Of a DNA stretch of 52,707 bases, positions 18,705 to 28,225 are shown in pieces (position 1 is the first letter of the stretch; every line of letters starts with the position of its first letter). A program made the position numbers and the translations under genes. Source of the stretch: an uncultured Eubacteriales bacterium (lineage in GTDB: Bacteria; Actinomycetota; Coriobacteriia; Anaerosomatales; PHET01); contig CAZCRB010000006.1 of NCBI GenBank assembly GCA_964500985.1, positions 1 through 52,707 of the forward strand, in the 5' to 3' direction. The notes below the pieces were generated by a model. The model made no database searches and had not been told where the DNA came from. It was given only the letters and a program-made list of their open reading frames with translations.

Positions 18705-18770
18705 GCACGGAACGGTACTTGTTATGCATTCTAGTCGAACACAGCATCGTTGTACCGTACTCGCGCGGTT
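18705..18770 (-). promoter_or_regulatory. Candidate promoter/operator of the nucleoside ABC operon
   Basis: Minus-strand TAGAAT (-10, forward 18728-18733) lies about 40 nt upstream of the SBP start. It is flanked by an inverted repeat ACGGTAC ... GTACCGT (forward ~18712 and ~18753), a likely repressor operator. Confidence 0.3.
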
Positions 18771-18795
18771 CTACCCCCCTGCCCCGCACGGCGTG

Positions 18796-19698
18796 TCACC
18801 GCACCCGAGCACGAGGATGTGTCGATAAGTATTCTTCCCGAACATGGCGGGTGTCGACATGCGTATAGACCTGAGTTGTGGAAATATCTGCGTGCCCCAG
18901 CATCTCCTGTAGCGCCCGCAGGTCCGCGCCGCCCTCAAGCATGTGCGTAGCAAAAGAGTGCCTGAGTGTGTGGGGATGCAGCGCCAGCCCGACTCGCTCG
19001 CCGTACGAACGTACGATCCGGAAGACCGACTGTCGGGACAACCGGCCGCCTCGCGCGTTCAGGAAGACCGCAGCTTCGCTCGCCGACAAGCTGCCTTTCG
19101 AGCGTAGGTGCGGCCGCCCCGTGCGCAGATACGCGTCCATCGCGAGTGAGGCCATGCCGCCCACCGGAACGAGGCGCTCCTTGTCCCCTTTTCCGAAGAC
19201 GCGCATGAACCCTGACTGCAGGTCCAGATCGGTGGTGTCGAGCGCAACCACCTCGCTCGCCCGAAGACCGCAGCCGTAGAGCACTTCGAGCAGTGCGCGA
19301 TCCCGGATGCCGGCGGGCGTGTCGGCGAACGGTTGTGACAGCAGTCTGTCGGCATCATCCATCGAGATCACGTCGGGCAGCCGCTCGGGCACCTTGGGCA
19401 GCGGAAGCAGGGCCGTCGGGTGGTTCTCGGTCACGTTCTCCCGGACCAGGAACTTGTGAAATCCCTTTAGGGACGCGACCTTGCGTTCGACACTGGACGG
19501 AGCCAGCCCCCGGGCACGCAGAGACGCCACGTATGCGGTCACGTCGTCGCGCCCCACCTTGGCCGGCTCGGTGATGCCCCGCTCCTCCAGGAATCGCGTG
19601 TACTCCGCCAGGTCCCTGCGGTACGCCGAGACGGTGTTGACGCTGGCACCGCGTTCCACCACGAGGTAGCCGAGGTAGTCATCGACGTAGGCCCTCAT
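18796..19698 (-). CDS. xerD: Tyrosine site-specific recombinase XerC/XerD family (XerD-like by synteny with pyrG)
   Basis: 300 aa with the catalytic R...HxxR...Y signature (LRHSFATHMLEGGADLRALQEMLGHADISTTQVYTHV) and an N-terminal SAM-like domain. No cognate dif site was recognised. Confidence 0.85.
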   Translation of the reverse strand: MRAYVDDYLGYLVVERGASVNTVSAYRRDLAEYTRFLEERGITEPAKVGRDDVTAYVASLRARGLAPSSVERKVASLKGFHKFLVRENVTENHPTALLPLPKVPERLPDVISMDDADRLLSQPFADTPAGIRDRALLEVLYGCGLRASEVVALDTTDLDLQSGFMRVFGKGDKERLVPVGGMASLAMDAYLRTGRPHLRSKGSLSASEAAVFLNARGGRLSRQSVFRIVRSYGERVGLALHPHTLRHSFATHMLEGGADLRALQEMLGHADISTTQVYTHVDTRHVREEYLSTHPRARVR

Positions 19699-19724
19699 CT
19701 GTCGCTACCCGGCTACCCGCGAGC

Positions 19725-21893
19725 TCACGCCGAGACCGGCGGTTCACCCTGGGCGGCAACGGCCGCACCGGCGAGCTGATCGCGCATCTGGGTCTTGATC
19801 GCGGCGACCATCTCCGCTTGCGCGGCATCGGTCGGGCTCTCGCCGATCTCGCGCGTCACCTCCGTGAGCTTGTCGGTGGCGAGCAGGGTCAGCAGCAGAT
19901 TGAACGCATTGGCATTGGCTGCGCCGCCCTCGCCGTCGCCACCCATGCTCACCACCGTGCTGGGGACGATCGGGACCTTCGAGGTCTCTATCGCCGCGGC
20001 CAAACGGTCCATGACCTGCTGAACGAGCTGGAGCTGGGGGCCGCCGTATGCCTTGACCTGCTCGTCGATCGCTATCGCCTTACCGATACCGACGCGCGCC
20101 TCTTTCTCGCCGTCGGCCTCGGCGATCACCTTCACGCGGTGGGCATCGGCGTCACCCATGACGCGCACCTTGCGGGCGTCGGCCTCCGCAAGAACCTTGA
20201 CCCGTTCCGCATCGCCGCCCGCAAGGGTCTTGACCTTGTCCGCGTCGGCCTTGGCCAGCGTACGAACACGGTCCGCGTCTTGTGCGGCGCGCTGGAGCTG
20301 CGCGCGACCCTCGTTCTCCTGCACCTTGATGTTGATCTCGGACTGCGTGAGCATCGTCTGCTGCTCGGCGACGGCCATGGCTTCCTTGAGCTCACGCTCC
20401 TTGTCGGCCGCGATCTTCTGCTTCTCGAACGTCTCGAGCTTCTCGACAGCCACCTGGCGGTCACGCAGCTGCATCAGGATCAGTTCGATCTTGTCGTCGC
20501 CGGGCGATGAATGCGGCGTGCCGATCAGCACCTCTTCAAGCTCGAGGTTGTAGTGATCGAACTTCTCCTTCATGTCCACGCTGGACTGGCGCTGGATCTC
20601 GCTGCGCTGCTGGATCAGCTCGATGAGCGTCTTGGTCTGCCCGATGTTCTTGAAGTACGCCGACACCATCGGATCCAGGGTCTGGTTGACCAGCATCTTG
20701 ATGTCGCCGAACCGCTGGATGACGAGCGGCGCCTTCTTGTAGTCGATGTGGATGACCACCGAGAGCGGGAGCAGCGGCTCGAACGCGTCCTTGGTGATCA
20801 GGCTGACCTCGGCGAGGTTGGCGTCGAAACCGTGCTCGCCCGTCTCGCCCTGCACCCACTTGAGGATGATGTTGGTCGTCGGGACCATGATGATGCTGCC
20901 CGCGTAGGTGTTGAAGGCGTACTTGCCCGGCAGCAGCGCCTCGCTCCAGACACCCCGGTTGCCGCGCGACACGAGTTCGCCGTGACGGTAGTCCTCGCCG
21001 GACATGTCGGTGCCCTTGGGGCCGATATAGCTGACGACGACACCCGCGTAGCCCACCGGCACGGTGACCTTGTTGATGAGCTCGACGGTCGCGAACAGGC
21101 GGTTGATGAAGTAGGTGCCCTCCGTCAGCACCTGGTACTGACGGCCGCGGAATCCGCCGGCTGCCAGGAACGCCTCAGGGTCTTGGAAGTTGTTGTGGTA
21201 GTTCTCGTTCTCCTGCGTGTCGCCCACGGCGGGTGCGATGATGTCGCCCATGGGCAGCGAGGGGCCGTCGTGCACGGTGACGATGCCGGTCATGTCGTCG
21301 CTGCCGCGAATCACCACCGGATCGAAGCCGCCCACCGAGCTCAAGTGCGTCGCCATGTTCATGATCGTGGCGTCCTCGATGGGGTCGCCCATCGGGAGGT
21401 AGTAGGTCTTGGCCTTGGTGATGATGATGAACTGGGCGAGGTTGAACGCGTAGGTGCCCTCTCGCAGTATCTGGCGCTGCGGTCCGCGCTGTCCCCCGTC
21501 GCGCATGAACTCCGCGACTTCCTGGAACGAGTTGCCGGGGATCGTGCGGCCAAGCGTCTGCTGCGCGGGCAGGGGTTCACCGTCGCGCGCGAAGACGTAG
21601 CCGATCTCGCCTTGCGGAATGGTGACGAGAGGCATCACGTGAACGCGGTACATCAGCGGGGTGCGGAAGTGCACGCCGCCGCGCAACACGTTGGGCTGAT
21701 AACCCGCCTCGCCGTTCAGCGCCATGATCTGGTCGCGCAGCGAGCCTTTGACGCTCCACCACTTGACCACGACAGCGACCTTGTCACTGCGGATGATGCG
21801 AAAGCCGACGAGCCACAAGAAGAAGACGGCGACCAGCAACGCGATAGCGGCCCAGACCAGCAACTCGAAGACGCTCCCCAGCAATCCGAGCAT
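19725..21893 (-). CDS. Flotillin-like SPFH/band-7 domain membrane protein
   Basis: 722 aa with an N-terminal TM helix and a central SPFH-like region. A long EA-rich coiled coil follows, with repeated ...KV.TLA.ADA..VKVLAEADA... heptads, and an Ala-rich C-terminus. A strong SD (GGAGGGGGAG) precedes the ATG. Confidence 0.8.
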   Translation of the reverse strand: MLGLLGSVFELLVWAAIALLVAVFFLWLVGFRIIRSDKVAVVVKWWSVKGSLRDQIMALNGEAGYQPNVLRGGVHFRTPLMYRVHVMPLVTIPQGEIGYVFARDGEPLPAQQTLGRTIPGNSFQEVAEFMRDGGQRGPQRQILREGTYAFNLAQFIIITKAKTYYLPMGDPIEDATIMNMATHLSSVGGFDPVVIRGSDDMTGIVTVHDGPSLPMGDIIAPAVGDTQENENYHNNFQDPEAFLAAGGFRGRQYQVLTEGTYFINRLFATVELINKVTVPVGYAGVVVSYIGPKGTDMSGEDYRHGELVSRGNRGVWSEALLPGKYAFNTYAGSIIMVPTTNIILKWVQGETGEHGFDANLAEVSLITKDAFEPLLPLSVVIHIDYKKAPLVIQRFGDIKMLVNQTLDPMVSAYFKNIGQTKTLIELIQQRSEIQRQSSVDMKEKFDHYNLELEEVLIGTPHSSPGDDKIELILMQLRDRQVAVEKLETFEKQKIAADKERELKEAMAVAEQQTMLTQSEINIKVQENEGRAQLQRAAQDADRVRTLAKADADKVKTLAGGDAERVKVLAEADARKVRVMGDADAHRVKVIAEADGEKEARVGIGKAIAIDEQVKAYGGPQLQLVQQVMDRLAAAIETSKVPIVPSTVVSMGGDGEGGAANANAFNLLLTLLATDKLTEVTREIGESPTDAAQAEMVAAIKTQMRDQLAGAAVAAQGEPPVSA

Positions 21894-21966
21894 GACTCCC
21901 CCTCCGGAAGATGCAGCATTATGCAGCAGAGACCCACGCTACGCTTCCGACCACGCGGCGACAACA

Positions 21967-22013
21967 GGCAAAAGCAGAGCCGGCCGCTCCCGCTGGTGCG
22001 GGGCGGCCGGCTC
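21967..22013 (-). terminator. Intrinsic terminator downstream of ald
   Basis: Perfect 11-bp stem GAGCCGGCCGC / GCGGCCGGCTC, followed on the minus strand by UGCUUUUGCC. Confidence 0.5.
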
Positions 22014-22037
22014 AGGCGTTGATCGGGAGTGAGACCG

Positions 22038-23153
22038 CTAGTTGACGAGCTCCTCGAGAGCGACGTAGTCGAGACCGTGCGCGTCGGCGACCGGCTTGTA
22101 GACGACCTTGCCGTCGAGCACGTTGACGCCCTTGGCGAGCGCGGCGTCGTCGGCGACGGCCTGCTTCCAGCCCTTGTCGGCGATGGCGAGACCGTAGCGC
22201 AGGGTGGCGTTGGTCAGCGCGAGCGTCGAGGTGTTGGGCACCGCACCCGGCATGTTGGCAACGCCGTAGTGGAGCACGCCGTCGACGAAGTAGGTGGGAT
22301 CGGCGTGCGTGGTGGCCTTGGTGGTCTCGATGCAGCCACCCTGGTCGACCGACACGTCGACGACGACAGCGCCCGGCTTCATGGTGGGGAGCATGTCCTT
22401 GGTGACGAGCCACGGGGTCTTGGCGCCGGGGAGCAGGACCGAACCGATGATGAGGTCGGCCTGGGTGACGATCTCCTCGATGTTGTGCTTGGACGAGTAG
22501 AGGGTGCGCACGCTGTTGCCCCACACCTCGTCGAGGTAGCGGAGGCGGTCGAGGTTGACGTCCATGATGGTGACGTCAGCACCCATACCCTTGGCGACGT
22601 AGGCGGCGTTGGTACCCACGACGCCACCGCCCAGGACGACGACCTTGGCGGGCAGCACACCGGGCACGCCGCCCATCAGGACGCCACGGCCGCCGTTGGG
22701 CTTCTGGAGGTAGGCGGCGCCCACCTGCGAGGCCATACGGCCGGCGACCTCGGACATCGGGGCAAGCAGCGGCAGCGAGCGGTTGGGGAGCTCGACCGTC
22801 TCGTACGCGATGCAGACGGCGCCCGAGGCGACCAGACCCATGGTCTGCTCGTAGTCGGGAGCGAGGTGCAGGTAGGTGTAGAGGATCTGGCCGGGGCGCA
22901 GGCGAGCGATCTCGACGGCCTGCGGCTCCTTGACCTTGACGATCATGTCGGCGCGAGCGAACACCTCGTCAGCGGTGGCGACCATCTCTGCGCCTGCAGC
23001 GACGTACTCGGCGTCAGGGAACGAGGAACCCTCGCCCGCAGCCTGCTCGACGAGCACGGCGTGGCCGTGAGCGACGAACTCCTTGACACCGGCCGGCGTG
23101 AGGCCGACACGGAACTCGTTGTTCTTGATCTCCTTCGGGACTCCGACGATCAC
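22038..23153 (-). CDS. ald: Alanine dehydrogenase
   Basis: The N-terminus [19 protein letters not shown] and the NAD site [28 protein letters not shown] match the family. The GTG at 23153 is preceded by AAAGGGG plus 7 nt. The longer track ORF (to 23234) would add 27 non-family residues. Confidence 0.9.
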   Translation of the reverse strand: MIVGVPKEIKNNEFRVGLTPAGVKEFVAHGHAVLVEQAAGEGSSFPDAEYVAAGAEMVATADEVFARADMIVKVKEPQAVEIARLRPGQILYTYLHLAPDYEQTMGLVASGAVCIAYETVELPNRSLPLLAPMSEVAGRMASQVGAAYLQKPNGGRGVLMGGVPGVLPAKVVVLGGGVVGTNAAYVAKGMGADVTIMDVNLDRLRYLDEVWGNSVRTLYSSKHNIEEIVTQADLIIGSVLLPGAKTPWLVTKDMLPTMKPGAVVVDVSVDQGGCIETTKATTHADPTYFVDGVLHYGVANMPGAVPNTSTLALTNATLRYGLAIADKGWKQAVADDAALAKGVNVLDGKVVYKPVADAHGLDYVALEELVN

Positions 23154-23243
23154 TGGGTGACCCCTTTCGAACGCTGCTGTCAGGGCTTCGAGCGAGACCG
23201 TGTGTCGCGGATGCGAGTGGGGCCCGCCGTGCAAACCGCATCA

Positions 23244-23271
23244 ATAGTACCGCGCGTCGAGCACAAATCAA
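23244..23271 (-). promoter_or_regulatory. Candidate ald promoter
   Basis: Minus strand reads TTGATT(-35), a 16-nt spacer, then TACTAT(-10), about 85 nt upstream of the ald GTG. Confidence 0.3.
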
Positions 23272-23315
23272 CGCCCAAAATGCATGGGCTGTTGCGCGTA
23301 TTGGATACTGAACCC

Positions 23316-24407
23316 CTAGCTGAGCACGCCGGTCGCGATTCTTGATGCAATCTCTCCGGCCGCGAAGGCCGCCGCGAAGAAGGCGGGGTCTTGTGCCAAG
23401 CCGCGCCCCATGGTCCTGACCTCGACGCCGCGCATCGCCGGCGGCGCGACGTGTCCTGCCGGCGAATCGGCCCGCACGTGCCTGTCCCAGATACCCGATC
23501 GCTCAAGAGCGTCATCGACCGCCTGGGCGTACTCGTCGGGCAGCGTCGGCACTGCGACACGTGCCGGAGCAAGCGCGACACGCGACAGCGCGGCGAGGGT
23601 GTGATGGCTCACGCCACGGTGGCGGGCACGCTCGTCTGCAAAGGAAACCCGCAGGCAGGCGATGGGGTTGCCGTCCAGTATCGCGGACGCGTTGAGCGCT
23701 TCGCCCTGGCATATGCCGCCGTGCCCGAACGCCGTCGCGGTCCCGACGACACCCGGTCCGATCGCGACCACGGCCACGTCGGCGCGGGCCACGTGCTTTG
23801 CGGCCAGCAGACCGGAGTGCAGGTTCACCGCCTCGTAGTGACCGCCGAACGCCTGTCCCGTGGTCACGGTCACGTCGAGCAGCCCCGCCGAGACGCTCGC
23901 CCGAACGACGTCGGAGAGATCAAGGGCCAGGGCGGCCTCGTCGGTCATACAATATGCGACTTTCAAAGAAGGGTCCGACTGCTTGACCGCCGCCGCGACG
24001 AGCGGCACCTGGCTGTGCAGGCCACAGCACACGACCGGCATGCCGTGGAGGGACTCCGCGGTGCGCATGACCTCGTGGTGCTCGGACTCCTGAGACTCGA
24101 CGGCGAGCACGTCGAGCTGCAGCGGGGTGTAGCGCAGCTTCATGATGTGTCCACCTGCGGGCTCGTCGAGGACGACCCCTTCGCCGGCGCCCAAGCGGGC
24201 CACGACGAAGTGCTTGCCCCCCGTTCCCAGGCCCAGCTCGACGGCGGTGGTATTGAGCAGCACCCGGTCCCCGGTCGCGCACTCGGTCGTCAGCCGCGTA
24301 TAGCTGATGGCCAGACCCGACGTACCGTCGTCGATGGCGACCTCGAGCTGCTGGACCCCGGCCGCCTCACCGGTCACGCCTGACACGGTCGCCCACGCGA
24401 GTCTCAT
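23316..24407 (-). CDS. Conserved hypothetical protein, DUF3866-like
   Basis: 363 aa and soluble. It resembles my memory of the DUF3866 family (HIMKLRYTPLQ..., GPGVVGTATAFGHGG) and sits between ald and an M20 peptidase. Function unknown. The family assignment is from memory only. Confidence 0.65.
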   Translation of the reverse strand: MRLAWATVSGVTGEAAGVQQLEVAIDDGTSGLAISYTRLTTECATGDRVLLNTTAVELGLGTGGKHFVVARLGAGEGVVLDEPAGGHIMKLRYTPLQLDVLAVESQESEHHEVMRTAESLHGMPVVCCGLHSQVPLVAAAVKQSDPSLKVAYCMTDEAALALDLSDVVRASVSAGLLDVTVTTGQAFGGHYEAVNLHSGLLAAKHVARADVAVVAIGPGVVGTATAFGHGGICQGEALNASAILDGNPIACLRVSFADERARHRGVSHHTLAALSRVALAPARVAVPTLPDEYAQAVDDALERSGIWDRHVRADSPAGHVAPPAMRGVEVRTMGRGLAQDPAFFAAAFAAGEIASRIATGVLS

Positions 24408-24416
24408 CGTGTTCTC

Positions 24417-25541
24417 CTAGCGCTGTGCGAGCCGCGATGCGACCGCGCAGCACAGATCGGCGAGTGCGTTGAGGTCTTCGAGCGTTATGTGCTCGTCGGT
24501 TCCGTGCACGCCGGCCATCCCGCACGACAGCGCGAGAACGGGAACGCCCGAGCGCGCGAGGATGTTGGCGTCGCTCCCCCCGCCCGTCGTGAACATGGCA
24601 GGCTCGAGCCCGACATCACGGCAGGCGCGCTCGACCAGAACGGCGAGCGGGTCGTCCACATCGACGCGGAACCCCTCGTACTCGAGATTCCAGGTGATCT
24701 CTACCTGGCCGCCGGCGTCAGCCGCTGCCGCACGCATCGTCGCATCCATCTGCGCGCGCAGCGACTCGACGCGTTCTCGCTCGAGCGAGCGGCACTCCCC
24801 GGTGACGTCGCACCGGCCGGCGACCACGTTGGTGGCCGCGCCGCCGGCGATGGTACCGATGTTGGCTGTCGTGATGTCGTCGAGGCGCCCGAGCTCCATG
24901 CGCGCGATGGCGTCCGCGGCGATGGCTATGGCCGAGACACCCATCTCAGGCGAGACGCCTGCGTGAGCCGCTCGACCGATGAAGTGCGCGTCGAAGGTGT
25001 AGTGCGTCGGCGCCGCCACGACGATGCCGCCGGGACTGCCGGCCGCATCGAGCACGAGACACAGGTCGCCGGACGCATGCGCCGGGTCGAGCGCCTTGGC
25101 GCCGACGAGTCCGACCTCTTCCTGCACCGTGAACACGCACCGAAGCGTCGGCCGCGGGGCGCCGCCGGCCGCGAAGCGTCGCACGCACTCGATCGCGGCG
25201 GCAAGCCCCGCCTTGTCATCGGCGCCCAGGATCGTGGGGCCCGCGGAGTACACCACCCCGTCGGCGACGACCGGCTCGACACCGGTGCACGGCTGGACGG
25301 TGTCGAAGTGCGCGCTCAGCACCAACGTCGCCGGAACGGTTCCCGGCAGCTCGGCGATGAGGTTGCCGCCATCGGAGCCGGTGACCCGCGCGCTCTCGTC
25401 GAAGCGCACCGTGCAACCGGCCGACCGCAAGGCGTCGGCGCAGTAGCTCGCGCACGACGCCTCGTGTCCCGAGGGGCTCTCGATGCGCACCAGGTCGAGG
25501 AACGTCTCGAGAAGCCGGGCGTTCTCGGCCGCGGTGCCCAC
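24417..25541 (-). CDS. M20 family metallopeptidase (peptidase T / tripeptidase / ArgE-DapE-like)
   Basis: M20 signatures are present: N-terminal LLETFLDLVRIESPSGHE, metal ligands in SAHFDTV...GADDKAG...VQEEVG, and a dimerisation domain. The likely GTG start at 25541 overlaps the pyrG stop by 1 nt. The track ORF's first 39 codons would overlap pyrG. Confidence 0.8.
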   Translation of the reverse strand: MGTAAENARLLETFLDLVRIESPSGHEASCASYCADALRSAGCTVRFDESARVTGSDGGNLIAELPGTVPATLVLSAHFDTVQPCTGVEPVVADGVVYSAGPTILGADDKAGLAAAIECVRRFAAGGAPRPTLRCVFTVQEEVGLVGAKALDPAHASGDLCLVLDAAGSPGGIVVAAPTHYTFDAHFIGRAAHAGVSPEMGVSAIAIAADAIARMELGRLDDITTANIGTIAGGAATNVVAGRCDVTGECRSLERERVESLRAQMDATMRAAAADAGGQVEITWNLEYEGFRVDVDDPLAVLVERACRDVGLEPAMFTTGGGSDANILARSGVPVLALSCGMAGVHGTDEHITLEDLNALADLCCAVASRLAQR

Positions 25542-27154
25542 TAGATCTCGCGGCCGTTCTTGTGGTCGACCGCCGCGCCGATGAAGTCGCGGAACAGCGG
25601 TGCGGGGCGCGTGGGGCGGCTCTTGAACTCGGGGTGTCCCTGGTTGCCGAGGAACCACGGGTGATCGGGGAGCTCGACCATCTCGACCAGCTTGCCGTCC
25701 GGGCTCAGGCCGCTGATGACCAGACCGGCCTCGGTCAGGCGGTCACGGTACGAGTTATTGAACTCGTAGCGGTGGCGATGACGCTCGTAGATGACTTCCT
25801 CGCCGTACGCCTCCCAGCCCTTGGTGCCGGGGGTGACGGTGCACGGGTAGGCGCCGAGACGCATGGTGCCGCCCATGTCGGCGAGGTCGACCTGGTCGCG
25901 CATCAGATCGATGACCGGGTGCTCGGTCACCGGATCGAACTCGGTGGAGTTGGCACCGTCGCAGCCCGCGACGTGGCGCGCGAACTCTGCGACGGCCACC
26001 TGCATGCCGAGACAGATGCCGAAGTACGGCACCTTGTTCTCGCGAGCGAACTTGGCGGCTCGGATCTTGCCCTCGATGCCGCGGATCCCAAAGCCGCCCG
26101 GCACGAGGATGCCGTCCATCTCGGACAGGATCTGGTCGACCTCCTCGGGAGTGAGCGACTCGGCGTCGACCCAGTGCACCTTGACCTTGTGGTCGTGGTG
26201 GACACCCGCATGGTCGAGCGCCTCGGTGACCGAGAGGTACGCGTCCGGAAGCTGCACGTACTTGCCGACGAGCGCGATGTTGACCTCATCGGGCAGCGCG
26301 GCCGCGTGCGAGACGAAGGCGTCCCACTCCGACATCTCGAGCTGACCGGGGTCGAGGCCGAGGCGCGCCATGACCATGGTGTCGAGCCCCTGCTCCTTGA
26401 GGCGGGCCGGGACGTCGTAGATCGAGTTCGCGTCCTGGGCGCTCACGACGGCCTGCGGCTCGACGTCGCAGAACAGCGCGATCTTGCGGCGGATGCCCGC
26501 GTCGATGGGGCGGTCGGAGCGGCACACGATGAAGTCGGGCTGGATACCGATCGAACGCAGCTCCTTGACGGAGTGCTGGGTCGGCTTGGTCTTGAGCTCG
26601 CTCGAAGCGCCGATCCACGGGACGAGGGACACGTGGATGTAGCACACGTTGTCGCGACCCTTGTCCTTCTTGAGCTGACGGATCGCCTCGAGGAACGGCA
26701 GCGACTCGATGTCGCCGACCGTACCGCCGACCTCGGTCAGGATCACGTCGGGCTGTGTGGACTCCGCCAGCCGGTTGATGCGGTCCTTGATCTCGTTGGT
26801 GACGTGCGGGATGACCTGGACCGTGCCGCCGAGGAAGTCGCCACGGCGCTCACGGCCGATGAGCGTCTGGTAGACCGAGCCGGCGGTGACGTTGCAGTCG
26901 CGGTTGAGGGACTCGTCGATGAAGCGCTCGTAGTGGCCGAGATCCAGGTCCGTCTCGGCGCCGTCATCGGTGACGAACACCTCGCCGTGCTGGAACGGGC
27001 TCATCGTGCCGGGGTCGACGTTGAGGTACGGATCGAGCTTCTGGATCGTCACCTTGAGCCCGCGCGACTTGAGCAGACGGCCGAGCGAAGCGGCCGTGAT
27101 GCCCTTGCCGAGAGAGCTGACGACGCCACCGGTCACGAAGATGTGCTTGGTCAT
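25541..27154 (-). CDS. pyrG: CTP synthase
   Basis: 537 aa with N-terminal [18 protein letters not shown] and the GATase site GICLGMQ. It is unmistakable. Confidence 0.95.
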   Translation of the reverse strand: MTKHIFVTGGVVSSLGKGITAASLGRLLKSRGLKVTIQKLDPYLNVDPGTMSPFQHGEVFVTDDGAETDLDLGHYERFIDESLNRDCNVTAGSVYQTLIGRERRGDFLGGTVQVIPHVTNEIKDRINRLAESTQPDVILTEVGGTVGDIESLPFLEAIRQLKKDKGRDNVCYIHVSLVPWIGASSELKTKPTQHSVKELRSIGIQPDFIVCRSDRPIDAGIRRKIALFCDVEPQAVVSAQDANSIYDVPARLKEQGLDTMVMARLGLDPGQLEMSEWDAFVSHAAALPDEVNIALVGKYVQLPDAYLSVTEALDHAGVHHDHKVKVHWVDAESLTPEEVDQILSEMDGILVPGGFGIRGIEGKIRAAKFARENKVPYFGICLGMQVAVAEFARHVAGCDGANSTEFDPVTEHPVIDLMRDQVDLADMGGTMRLGAYPCTVTPGTKGWEAYGEEVIYERHRHRYEFNNSYRDRLTEAGLVISGLSPDGKLVEMVELPDHPWFLGNQGHPEFKSRPTRPAPLFRDFIGAAVDHKNGREI

Positions 27155-27190
27155 GGGCCCCTGTTCTCCTTCAGTGAACGAGCGTTTCTC

Positions 27191-27215
27191 CCCCGAGCGG
27201 TGATTCTACTCGGGG
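27191..27215 (-). promoter_or_regulatory. Hairpin in the pyrG leader overlapping the upstream stop codon, with embedded TAGAAT
   Basis: CCCCGAG-TAGAATCACCG-CTCGGGG; the TAG is the stop of the upstream GT4 gene. The TAGAAT hexamer could be a -10 element, with a G-run (GGGGGAG) at the predicted start site. No clear -35 element. Confidence 0.25.
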
Positions 27216-28225
27216 AGTGTTTCCGAATCAGGACTTGATTTCGCGGCCGCTCGCGTTTCCTCGCTGTCGGGCTGTCTCCCCCACCCGTCTAGACGGGCGA
27301 GAAGCGCGTTGCCTTCGATCACCCGAGAATAGCTCACCCGCTCGCTCGCGAGGTTGAGAGCGAGCATGACGGCGAAGTAGACGAGCAGCCCCCACCAGGG
27401 CAGACCGGACACGATCAGCAGCCCGGCCACCGCTCCCATGGGGTTGGCGCCCGCGTCCCCGAGCATACCGTGCTCGCCCAGGTCATAGCGCCACACCGCG
27501 AACACGGGCCCGAGCACGAACAGCACGAGCACACCGACGTCGACCAGGCGCTGGGCCGCGCTCACGGCGAGGCCCGAACGCGCCGCGCCGAGCATGAGGC
27601 CCGCCGCGCACGCGCCGAGGACCGCCAGGGCGGAGTACGCCTTGAGCGCGCGGCCGGGGCGCAGGTCCATCAGGTTGATGAAGTTGGAGCTCAGCGCGAC
27701 CGAAGCACCGGCCACGAGGACCAGTGCCGCCAGGATGAGGCTTGACGACGCGCGTGCGAAGCCGGCTGCAGCAACCGCGTCTCCCCACGGTGCCGCCTGA
27801 GACACGATCGCGGCCACGACGAGGCACGCGAACCCGATCCCGATCAGCTTGAGCCCGCCGGTGGTGAGCCGACCGCGGGCCAGGGCGCGCAGATGACCGC
27901 CGAAGCCCCGATCGGTGCTCGTCCCGAGCGCGTCATCGACCATCCCGAGCGCGAAAGCGACGAGCGCGAGCGGACCCGCCAGCGTCAAGACCGGCAAGGA
28001 GCCGTGCCCGATCACCGACGCCGCGCCGATCCCCGCGACGATCGCACAGCCTGCCCAGACGAGCCACACGACGCCGAGCCCGAGAAACACCTCGCGCCCC
28101 CGGTAGTTGACGCTGGTGCGCCCGTTGCGGAGAGAAGGCACGAGCATGCGCATGAACACCCAGGGCACGAGCCACCCGAGTACCACCGCCCCGCCGACCA
28201 CCGCGATTTCAGCCAGAGGGCTCAC
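27206..28225 (-). CDS. Polyprenyl-phosphate sugar-1-phosphate transferase, MraY/WecA family (GT4 / PF00953-like)
   Basis: 339 aa, polytopic, with the DD motif (GMVDDALG) and NxxNLxD loop (SNFINLMDLRPG) characteristic of MraY/WecA-type phosphotransferases. Its stop overlaps the downstream-coupled start of the 783-aa gene (4-nt overlap). Confidence 0.8.
   Translation of the reverse strand: MSPLAEIAVVGGAVVLGWLVPWVFMRMLVPSLRNGRTSVNYRGREVFLGLGVVWLVWAGCAIVAGIGAASVIGHGSLPVLTLAGPLALVAFALGMVDDALGTSTDRGFGGHLRALARGRLTTGGLKLIGIGFACLVVAAIVSQAAPWGDAVAAAGFARASSSLILAALVLVAGASVALSSNFINLMDLRPGRALKAYSALAVLGACAAGLMLGAARSGLAVSAAQRLVDVGVLVLFVLGPVFAVWRYDLGEHGMLGDAGANPMGAVAGLLIVSGLPWWGLLVYFAVMLALNLASERVSYSRVIEGNALLARLDGWGRQPDSEETRAAAKSSPDSETLPE

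Noticed and set aside
19699-19724. Tandem CTACCCG-g-CTACCCG repeat between the flotillin and xerD genes
   Set aside because: Only two copies in a 26-nt gene junction. Most likely a chance or SD-region feature. It does not resemble a dif site (no 28-bp XerCD palindrome).
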